From assembly GCA_964618045.1 (NCBI GenBank), contig CAZTZC010000003.1, forward strand, positions 1 through 43,158: a stretch of DNA of 43,158 nt, written 5' to 3'. The stretch is from an uncultured Candidatus Bathyarchaeia archaeon (lineage in GTDB: Archaea > Thermoproteota > Bathyarchaeia > TCS64). The notes beneath the pieces were generated by a model that was given only the letters and a program-made list of their open reading frames with translations, was not told the DNA's origin and did not search any database. The translations under genes were made by a program, and so were the position numbers. Below are positions 36,171 through 43,158 of this stretch, piece by piece (the stretch's first letter is position 1; each line of letters opens with the position of its first letter).

Positions 36171-37350
36171 CCTGTCTCTCCAGCCACGCCTCATGCTCTT
36201 CTTTGGCTTTCTGTAGCAGCTCGGGTCTGGTGATGAGGTCTAGGGCTGTGTAGGCGAGGGCCTTGGCGGCTTTCAGCGTAGCTTCGTGTGCCTTGGGGGT
36301 GGCGGTCATTTGTGCTCCGTCTGGGCTGTGGAGGACGACGTCGCCGATGTTTACGTAGGCGCTTAGGGCTGGGATTAGCTGGCTGACGTTGCCGAAGTCT
36401 GTGCTGGCTCCGCTTCTGGTGGGCTCTGTCTCCTCGGGGTACTCTATGCCTTCGATGGCTATGTTTTGTCTGTAGAGGTCGCTGAGGGTCTTGTTGGGTA
36501 GCTTGTTGGCGTAGGTGTTGGCCACCTGGGTTATGCTGCTCTTGGCTCCTGTGGCTAGCTCGGCTCCCTTGACTATGTTCTTGACTTTGGCGTAGTTTTC
36601 TTCTAGCCTGGGCGTGGTGGGGGCTCTGACGTAGAGGTGGGCGCTGGCGTAGTCTGGTATGGTGTTGGGGCTGTCGCCTCCACTTTTGATTATGCCGTGG
36701 ATGCGTACGTCGCTGTCGAGGTGTTGGCGGAGGGCGTTGATGCCCTGGAAGGTGAGTAGGACGCCTTCGAGGGCGTTCACGGCTTTCTCGGGTGCCGCGC
36801 CTGCGTGGCTGCTTCTGCCGTGGAACTCGACGAGGAAGCTCTCCCGGGCGTTTGTGGTGCCGTAGCTGCCCCACGCCGAGCCTGGGTGGATCATGAGGGC
36901 GGCGTCGGCTTTGGCTATCTCGTCCAGCATGACTACTTTGCCGCCGGCGTTCTGGACGACGCCTTCCTCGGCGGGGGTGCCGTAGACGGTGACTGTGCCG
37001 TCGAGTTCACCCATGACAGCGGTGAGGCCGACGGCGGCTCCCAGGGCGGCGGTGGCGATGAGGTTGTGGCCGCAGGCGTGGCCTATGGCGGGGAGGGCGT
37101 CGTACTCGGCCAGTATGCCTATGTTGGGGCCTGGGCCGCGTCCCTTGATGGTGGCGGTGAACGCGGTGTCCATTCCGGAGACGCCGAGCCGGGTCTCGTA
37201 GCCGTGCTTTTTGAGCTTCTCGGTGAGGAGTTTGCTGGCTTTGTGTTCTTGGTGGCCCAGCTCTGGCTCCTGGTGGATGCTTGTGCTGACGTCGATCAGT
37301 TCGTCTCTGTGCTGGTCGATGCGTCTGCTTATGGCTTGTTTGTGGTTCAT
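36163..37350 (-). CDS. M20-family amidohydrolase (AbgB-like)
   Basis: It has GILAEYDALPAIGHACGHNLI, and its length and organisation match M20D/AbgB-type enzymes. Confidence 0.85.
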   Translation of the reverse strand: MNHKQAISRRIDQHRDELIDVSTSIHQEPELGHQEHKASKLLTEKLKKHGYETRLGVSGMDTAFTATIKGRGPGPNIGILAEYDALPAIGHACGHNLIATAALGAAVGLTAVMGELDGTVTVYGTPAEEGVVQNAGGKVVMLDEIAKADAALMIHPGSAWGSYGTTNARESFLVEFHGRSSHAGAAPEKAVNALEGVLLTFQGINALRQHLDSDVRIHGIIKSGGDSPNTIPDYASAHLYVRAPTTPRLEENYAKVKNIVKGAELATGAKSSITQVANTYANKLPNKTLSDLYRQNIAIEGIEYPEETEPTRSGASTDFGNVSQLIPALSAYVNIGDVVLHSPDGAQMTATPKAHEATLKAAKALAYTALDLITRPELLQKAKEEHEAWLERQAN

Positions 37351-37462
37351 GGATCAGTCTTGGTGGCTGTCAAGATAAATCCATGGGGCGTCGGATGGAT
37401 GCTGGAGAATATGTAGTGGGCCGTGTAAACCGATATGTATGCCTTGTGGCATTTGTTGGTGC

Positions 37463-38005
37463 ATGAAGGCTGTGGTGCTGCACGGGAGCCCCAGGCGGGG
37501 TAGGAACTCTGATACCCTCGTCGAGCACTTCCTGCGGGGGCTGACGGAGTCGGGGGTCCACGAGGTGGCCCACTTCTACCTGAACGATATGGAGATACGT
37601 CCGTGCCAGGGCTGTCTGGGCTGCAATGAGCCGCCGTATGAATGCGTCATACTGGACGACATGACGGAGGTATACGGGGCTTACAGGGAGGCTGACCTGG
37701 TGGTGTGGGCGACTCCCATGTACTGGGGGTACCTGACGGCGCAGATGAAGACGGCGCAGGACAGGATGGAGGCGTTGGCGGTGAAGGGGTTCGGGGGCAA
37801 GGTCTTCGCCGTGATAGTCACGTATAACCATCACTTTGAGTCTGCTGTTGGTATGTTTGAGAGGATTTGTCCTTTCTTCGATGTGGAGCTTCATACGCTG
37901 GTGTGTAGGACGTATGACCCGGAGACTCGTAGGGATATAGCCGTGGAGGAGTTGCCTGACAAGTTGGAGGAGGCGTATAGGCTCGGGAGGAAGCTGTCTA
38001 GGTAG
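37463..38005 (+). CDS. flavodoxin-like NAD(P)H-dependent FMN reductase / iron-sulfur flavoprotein-like
   Basis: It has MKAVVLHGSPRRGRNS, CQGCLGC and VWATPMYWGYLTAQMK. I prefer the start at the ATG at 37463; the ORF opens at 37439. Confidence 0.75.
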   Translation: MKAVVLHGSPRRGRNSDTLVEHFLRGLTESGVHEVAHFYLNDMEIRPCQGCLGCNEPPYECVILDDMTEVYGAYREADLVVWATPMYWGYLTAQMKTAQDRMEALAVKGFGGKVFAVIVTYNHHFESAVGMFERICPFFDVELHTLVCRTYDPETRRDIAVEELPDKLEEAYRLGRKLSR

Positions 38006-38022
38006 GTTAGTGTATGTGTGGT

Positions 38023-38277
38023 GGGGATTAAGCGTTTTTTGGGTTGGTCTTGTGTCATGTTACTTGTAATGTGAGGAAAAAATTTTCTGGGGCTCGGCTT
38101 GTTCCTGGTTACCGGGAATAAGCGTTTTTGGGGCGTTTTTTTTGTTTTCGGTGGATGACACTTTTGTATATGTTTGGATCATAAAGGGGTGTTTCTGGGG
38201 CTGCTTTTGGTGTGAGGGGCGTTGGTTCGCCTTTTTTCGTCTACCCCCCCTCCCCCCGGGATAAGGGTGTTTTAAGG
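38023..38277 (+). repeat. dispersed copies of a GGGAWTAAGSGT-oligoT motif in a G/T-skewed spacer
   Basis: The copies are GGGGATTAAGCGTTTTTTGGG (38023-38043), CGGGAATAAGCGTTTTTGGGG (38113-38133) and a degenerate CGGGATAAGGGTGTTTTAAGG (38257-38277). TTTCTGGGGCT occurs twice (38084-38094 and 38192-38202). A C7-T-C6 tract lies at 38244-38257. Confidence 0.6.
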
Positions 38278-38314
38278 AGAGTTGGCTGATCGAATTTTTC
38301 TTAGTTACATGGTA

Positions 38315-38324
38315 TGCGCGCGCA
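38315..38324. repeat. 10-bp (GC)n palindrome TGCGCGCGCA
   Basis: It is a perfect palindrome in an otherwise AT-rich stretch, 165 bp upstream of the 38490 gene. Confidence 0.7.
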
Positions 38325-38489
38325 CAGAACTTTCCAAAGTTATCGATCGAAGAGAAAGCGGGATAACCGTCCTGAATTTCGACCAGTAAATGTTTATACT
38401 ATAGTTAACATGAAGTAACTTTTATTAGTATATTGATATAAAAAAAATAAATAGTAGATTCGTCAATTTTATTGATTGCGTGACGGAAA

Positions 38490-39056
38490 ATGAAACGTGA
38501 ATTATTACTAGTAATGTCCGCGATTCTTTTGATTACAATTGTATCTGGTATTGCAATATCTGCGCAAGGAAATGGCTGGGAATACTATGCATGCGGCACC
38601 GTTGATGGGTACGAGGATGCACCCAGTGCATCGATAGATACACCCGGCTTCTGGAACCTCAAAGTACAGGGGGACAAGATATGGTTGGACGTGAGATACC
38701 TTGAAACAAACGTTATGTCTGGAATGGAAGGTTCCCCTGAGGGTTCAGTGGATATTCTGGAATCCTCTATGACAGGGAAACCGATGGTGTTCATTGAAAG
38801 TGAGGATAAGCTTGAGATATTCGCCGTAATGAGGATAACAAAGACCTGGGCACAGTTCGATGGCACATATAAGCCACAATCATGGAAGACTTGGATATGG
38901 TTCACCTTCGATTTCGATGCAATGACAGTTCACATGGACGGCTATCCAGGAGAAGCAATTGAACCCCCGGGTCCAGCTGATCCAAATGACATTGATACAT
39001 ATGACTGGGACAGATACGGGACAATCACTGCATATAGTTATCCAGGACCATCTTAA
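38490..39056 (+). CDS. secreted hypothetical protein
   Basis: It has the signal peptide-like N-terminus MKRELLLVMSAILLITIVSGIAISAQG. The mature part is Trp/Asp-rich. I recognise no family. G+C is lower than in the core genes. Confidence 0.6.
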   Translation: MKRELLLVMSAILLITIVSGIAISAQGNGWEYYACGTVDGYEDAPSASIDTPGFWNLKVQGDKIWLDVRYLETNVMSGMEGSPEGSVDILESSMTGKPMVFIESEDKLEIFAVMRITKTWAQFDGTYKPQSWKTWIWFTFDFDAMTVHMDGYPGEAIEPPGPADPNDIDTYDWDRYGTITAYSYPGPS

Positions 39057-39061
39057 CTCCA

Positions 39062-39071
39062 CCCTTTTTTT
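39062..39071 (+). terminator. oligo-T tract after the secreted-protein gene
   Basis: CCCTTTTTTT begins 6 nt after the stop. Archaeal termination commonly uses T-runs. Confidence 0.4.
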
Positions 39072-39100
39072 ATTAATCTGTTATCTTGATAGATCCGTTT

Positions 39101-39140
39101 CGCGCGCAGGCTGATTAAATAATTAGTTTTGATGCGCGCG
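39101..39140. repeat. inverted repeat CGCGCGCA-N24-TGCGCGCG
   Basis: The arms are 8 bp and perfectly complementary (39101-39108 and 39133-39140), around an AT-rich 24-nt loop. They share the (GC)n core with the palindrome at 38315. Confidence 0.65.
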
Positions 39141-39395
39141 CTCCCCGTTGACTCTTGTGTTTAAAGAGGTATAATTGGGTTATTAGATTTCAATTGTAGG
39201 ATAAGTTTCGTTTATCTATTCCATTAGCTAATCAATAAGAATTGATGACAATTGATCGTTATTGGAAGATTGTAAAGGATTGACCACAATCAATCACAGG
39301 TAAAAATGATAATGAACTATGGATAAAATTATGGTTAAGTCAAGAAAGTTATCTAGATTTAGTAAAACCCCATAAAATTAGTTTTTCATGTGAGG

Positions 39396-40556
39396 TTATT
39401 CTTCAACTAGTAGAAAAATGATGATCCCGGCGAATAGTCCGAAAACTCCAGTTATCAGTCCCATTACTGCCCATCCATACCCTGCTAATAAGACGCCACC
39501 GAGGCCTAAGATCACCACTGTGCCGACACTTCCCAGTGCCGACGTCAGAGACATCATTGAACCTCGAAGAGATGGCATCTGCTCTAGGTTTAAACCCTGA
39601 TTAGCGGTACTGAAGCAACCAGCGAACAAACTGGTCAGAAACCCCAAAAATACTGTAAAAATGATGTTCGGGATGGCAAACCGTACCATTGTAGAAACAC
39701 CCAATAAGGTTACCGTGAACAATGTGGTCTTCTTAGAACCAATCCTTGAAACCATCTTACTCACCAATAATGCGCCAGCTATGTAGGCAAAAGCCATTGC
39801 CACTGTCAAATAAGCTACATTGGTTCTTGACATTGATAGCGCTGTCCTGTAGAATGAGGCAGCCATTGTGAGAGAGATCGTGAAAACCCCTAGACCCAAG
39901 CCGTATCCAACCAGACATGCTACTGCCGACCTGTTAGTGAAGATCTCCCTATACCCACGAAGCACATCGCTATCTGGACTCCTTGACTCTGTATCCGGTA
40001 TGCTTAAAATGGTCAGGATCAATGCGATTAGGACGACTGGAAACGCGAAGAAGATGTACGCTTTCTTCCAGTCGCCGATAATGTTGCCGATTGGGTAGCC
40101 CAATATGTATATGGCTGCTGGTCCTGAAATCAGCCAGCCCATTGCCTGCGTTCTCTTGTCTTGTAGAATATGTTCTCCTATTAACGCAGTTGTCATTGGT
40201 ACTATCATGTTTTGCGCGAATCCGCCTAGCGAATATACGACGAGTAGTGTGAGGAATGTTGGAGCGTAGCAGCAGCCCAAGATAGATACGATGCTTAGTG
40301 ATAGCCCGGCGATTAGTAGGGTTCTATAGCTGTATCTTATGCTTATTATTCCCACGATGAGTGCCGCAATGATTGCCATAACTGAGTTTATAGTGTTAAT
40401 CTGATTTGTGACGCCGATGGATGTACCAAAGGTTTCCCCAATCTCTATCAGCAACAATGACGTTAAGAGTGTTCGAGCCTGCGGCGAGGTTCGGGAGAGT
40501 GTTAACGCAGGCAAAACCATTAAACTAGATTTACCATTTTTTATAGGGTTTTTCAT
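39396..40556 (-). CDS. MFS transporter
   Basis: 386 aa with about 12 hydrophobic segments. A central loop separates two six-helix halves. Confidence 0.8.
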   Translation of the reverse strand: MKNPIKNGKSSLMVLPALTLSRTSPQARTLLTSLLLIEIGETFGTSIGVTNQINTINSVMAIIAALIVGIISIRYSYRTLLIAGLSLSIVSILGCCYAPTFLTLLVVYSLGGFAQNMIVPMTTALIGEHILQDKRTQAMGWLISGPAAIYILGYPIGNIIGDWKKAYIFFAFPVVLIALILTILSIPDTESRSPDSDVLRGYREIFTNRSAVACLVGYGLGLGVFTISLTMAASFYRTALSMSRTNVAYLTVAMAFAYIAGALLVSKMVSRIGSKKTTLFTVTLLGVSTMVRFAIPNIIFTVFLGFLTSLFAGCFSTANQGLNLEQMPSLRGSMMSLTSALGSVGTVVILGLGGVLLAGYGWAVMGLITGVFGLFAGIIIFLLVEE

Positions 40557-40782
40557 GAAAGAATCATGCCTTTTTCATATAAAAGATTTACAACGTTTTT
40601 ATGGAAGTAGGGAGTGCCTCTAAGAATCGACGAGTTCCGTAAATACTAGCTTCATACTTCTTTGAAGATAATATTATCCTTCATGTTCAAGTAAGAAATA
40701 CTAATTTCTCCATGAAAAACGCGGCTTACGTGTTAGAAAACAGTAAAGATAAGAACCCTACCCATATATTATTGGTGACAAT

Positions 40783-41124
40783 ATGTCCGATTCGTGGAAA
40801 GAAATCAACGCAGTTTATGAGATTCTTACCTCACTCAATGACTGGGATGGGCTCCCCGAGGAACCTATCCAAGTAGAGATTACCCGAGAAAATTATCCTT
40901 CTGTGCATCCCTTAAGAAGATCAAAAGAGGAGAAAGGAAAATTGGATCTTGAACAAATCAGATGGGCTTTCACCAACAGGAAGTGGTGGTTTAATGGTCC
41001 AATTGAATCGTTAAAGATTGATGTGCCACGTAAGAAGGTATGGAATAATTATGGTAAGGATGTTAAGACGCTTAAGAAAATTGCCCGAGACGCAGGTTTC
41101 AAACTGTGTATACATAAAACATAG
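40783..41124 (+). CDS. hypothetical protein
   Basis: 113-aa Lys/Trp-rich ORF in the AT-rich island. I recognise no family. Confidence 0.45.
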   Translation: MSDSWKEINAVYEILTSLNDWDGLPEEPIQVEITRENYPSVHPLRRSKEEKGKLDLEQIRWAFTNRKWWFNGPIESLKIDVPRKKVWNNYGKDVKTLKKIARDAGFKLCIHKT

Positions 41125-41231
41125 TTTATTATTCAAACAACTGGAATCGAAATAGTATAGAAAAAATCTTACTTGGTTTTCGAAGGTTTTATTATCCTTC
41201 CTGTTAAGGTGAAGGAGAACTCGAACTCCAT

Positions 41232-41245
41232 GTTCCACGTGGAAC
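41232..41245. promoter_or_regulatory. perfect 14-bp palindrome GTTCCACGTGGAAC
   Basis: It lies 58 bp upstream of the exonuclease start codon, in an AT-rich intergenic region. Confidence 0.4.
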
Positions 41246-41302
41246 AAATCTTGGTAAACATTTAGGAATAGGTATAAAAATGAATAGAATTATCAACTGA
41301 TT

Positions 41303-41890
41303 ATGAAAATATTAGTGGTCGATCTTGAAACCACGTCTCACGATCCAATGATCGATGATATGCGCAATCTTGAAAATAGCATTATTTCTGAGATCGGAGT
41401 CGTGAGACTTGATCTTGAGACAGGAAAAATTGAACCTGTTTTTGATAGCATATGTAGAGAAGATAAGACATGCAGCGCACAGTCATGGATATTCGGCAAC
41501 AGCAGCTTAACTTATGATGACGTTCTTTCAGCCGAACATTTACAAGCATATAAAGATGAACTACAGGAATTATTCGATCACTATCACGCTACATCTTGGT
41601 GGCATGAATACGATTTTAGCAGACTTGAACATCCTTCACGTGGAATAAGAATTCAACACAAGTTTTGGGACCCGGCTCTCGCTCTCAGGACTTACTTGAA
41701 AATACCATTCCCAGATGGTACCGATTATAAACGACCAGGGGTGAGTGAAGCGTATCAGTATTTTAACCCGGGTAGAATTCTTGATCATCCTCATCGAGCA
41801 TTGAAAGACGCTGAGATTGAGGCTCGAATCATATTTTCAGCTGTCCAGAAATGGCCTGAATTAAAAAACAATTGGCAGCATTATGTTTAA
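41303..41890 (+). CDS. DEDDh 3'-5' exonuclease (DnaQ/RNase T-like fold)
   Basis: ExoI is ILVVDLETTS, ExoII-like is WWHEYDFSRLE, and ExoIII is HRALKDAEIEARI (H-x4-D). Confidence 0.75.
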   Translation: MKILVVDLETTSHDPMIDDMRNLENSIISEIGVVRLDLETGKIEPVFDSICREDKTCSAQSWIFGNSSLTYDDVLSAEHLQAYKDELQELFDHYHATSWWHEYDFSRLEHPSRGIRIQHKFWDPALALRTYLKIPFPDGTDYKRPGVSEAYQYFNPGRILDHPHRALKDAEIEARIIFSAVQKWPELKNNWQHYV

Positions 41891-42041
41891 AAAATTATTT
41901 TTCTAGGATATTTGAATATTTATAATTACTATAATTCTAGTTTATTATAAGTTTGTAAGATTAAAAGATGAAAGAAAAGGGAGCCATGATCGCGTGCCGT
42001 ACCGACGGCCTGCGGCCCGTGGTGTTAGAGTTTGAGAGGGT

Positions 42042-42971
42042 TTAACCCGTGTCACTTGTGAGTTGGCTGATGTCCAGTATCAGACTCTGTCCGTCACCCG
42101 AGTAGACGACAGGTAGCTGTCCATCCCATTGCTGTAGCCACAGGTACTGGCTGTACTCGGCGGTCATCTGCTCGGTGATGAGCTTGATTGATTTAGCCGT
42201 CGCGTTTGCCTGAATTATCTGGGCGAAAGCGTCTCCCTCCGCGCGGGCGATGGTGGCGTTCTTAGCTGCCTCGGCTTGGATGATCTGTTGCTGTGCCTCA
42301 TATCTGATCTGTTCAAGGGTGTTCTTTGCTTGCAGCGCCTCCTGCTCTGCGATGACCTTTGCCTCGATGGCCGCTGCGAAGCTTGTACTGAACTGGAAGT
42401 CGGTGAGGCTTACGCTTATCACATCGATGTTAAACACACTTAGGCGTTCGACGAGAATATCGTCAAACGTAGATTTTACTACAGCACGCTTCGTCACAAG
42501 CTCCTCTGCCCTGTACTCAGCAGTGGTTGCTTTGAGTGACTCCTCGATGTTAGGTTTGATGACCCTGGAGACGTAGTCTTCTCTGAGGTCCTTGTAGATC
42601 TCGTTGACGCGTCCTGGGTTCAGCCTGTAGTTGACGGCAACCGTCGTAGAGACCTCTTGGAGGTCCTGTGTAGCGGTTGACTCAGTGGACTCTGCCTTCT
42701 GTATCTGGACGTTCATCAAAACCACAGTCTGGCTGAACGGCACCTTGTAGTTCAAGCCCTCCTGGAGCACCGTGTCCTCTACCTTACCGAAGGTCATCAG
42801 GACGCCTCTGTACCCTGACGGGACTCGTACAAACACGGATGACGCCACGACAAGCCCGATGACGGCGATCACCGCAATGACGGTTATAACGCCTGTGAAC
42901 CGTCTTGCGGTATTCGTGACTGAGGGGATATTGTATCTTCTTCCCCCGAATTCGTAGTTAAATACACTCAT
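42042..42971 (-). CDS. SPFH/Band-7 (prohibitin/HflC-like) membrane protein
   Basis: It has an N-terminal TM segment VITVIAVIAVIGLVVASSVF and an SPFH core (GYRGVLMTFGKV...LNYKVPF...). The C-terminus is an Ala/Gln-rich coiled coil. Confidence 0.85.
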   Translation of the reverse strand: MSVFNYEFGGRRYNIPSVTNTARRFTGVITVIAVIAVIGLVVASSVFVRVPSGYRGVLMTFGKVEDTVLQEGLNYKVPFSQTVVLMNVQIQKAESTESTATQDLQEVSTTVAVNYRLNPGRVNEIYKDLREDYVSRVIKPNIEESLKATTAEYRAEELVTKRAVVKSTFDDILVERLSVFNIDVISVSLTDFQFSTSFAAAIEAKVIAEQEALQAKNTLEQIRYEAQQQIIQAEAAKNATIARAEGDAFAQIIQANATAKSIKLITEQMTAEYSQYLWLQQWDGQLPVVYSGDGQSLILDISQLTSDTG

Positions 42972-43158
42972 TTCTTCGTTTCTCCATGATGTTTGTTCAG
43001 TTGAGTGTATCGAGCTTATTTATAGTTACTTCAGAATCACTTCAGAATTGAATTACTACTTGTAACAATGAAATTCATGGTCTGGTGGATTACTCTGGTT
43101 TGCTAACCAGAAAATCCTGAGGCCAAGGTCTTCTCAACACTGTTCTACTTCTTAAAGC

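Noticed and set aside
41232-41245. Replication origin (ORB element)
   Set aside because: There is a single copy, no clustered repeats, no adjacent orc1/cdc6, and no extended G-string element. An operator is the simpler explanation.
38290-42041. Interpreting the AT-rich island as a prophage, IS element or integrative element
   Set aside because: I could find no integrase, transposase, capsid or terminase-like product, tRNA gene, or flanking direct repeats. Only the compositional anomaly supports foreign origin.
43028-43048. Tandem ACTTCAGAAT direct repeat upstream of the SPFH gene
   Set aside because: There are only two copies of 10 bp at an 11-bp period in AT-rich promoter DNA. That is too little to distinguish from chance or simple slippage.

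Overview
High-GC archaeal chromosomal segment. A hand count of 29401-29460 gives 38/60 G+C. It is densely packed with mostly housekeeping genes on both strands. Archaeal origin is inferred from RadA, Hjc, aIF1/SUI1, a PAC2-type proteasome chaperone, a PGF-CTERM surface protein, an FmdE-domain protein and a FilR1-like regulator; I cannot place it more precisely. Recognisable products include two PflA-type radical SAM enzymes (one AmmeMemoRadiSam-like), AMMECR1, an LLM oxidoreductase, a FabH-like KAS III, PolX, enolase, TrxB, a LonC-like protease, ArgG and an Lhr-type helicase. There are also M19, M20 and M24 peptidases, several small zinc-ribbon proteins and redox proteins. I found no rRNA, tRNA, canonical CRISPR array, integrase or transposase. 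Three things stand out. (1) At 33.5-33.9 kb an 89-aa orphan gene has a Cas2/VapD-like sequence pattern. It is embedded in six copies of a 15-bp quasi-palindrome, and five of them form an exactly 25-bp-phased array overlapping its stop codon in a convergent intergenic gap. This is my best candidate for an undescribed module. (2) From about 38.0 kb a G/T-skewed repeat-bearing spacer leads into a roughly 3.7-kb AT-rich island ending near 42.0 kb. The island carries a secreted protein bracketed by (GC)n palindromes, an MFS transporter, an unknown 113-aa protein and a DEDDh exonuclease. (3) A thioredoxin-like gene directly downstream of trxB is broken by two frameshifts at homopolymer runs. All family assignments come from motif recognition by eye, not from searches.
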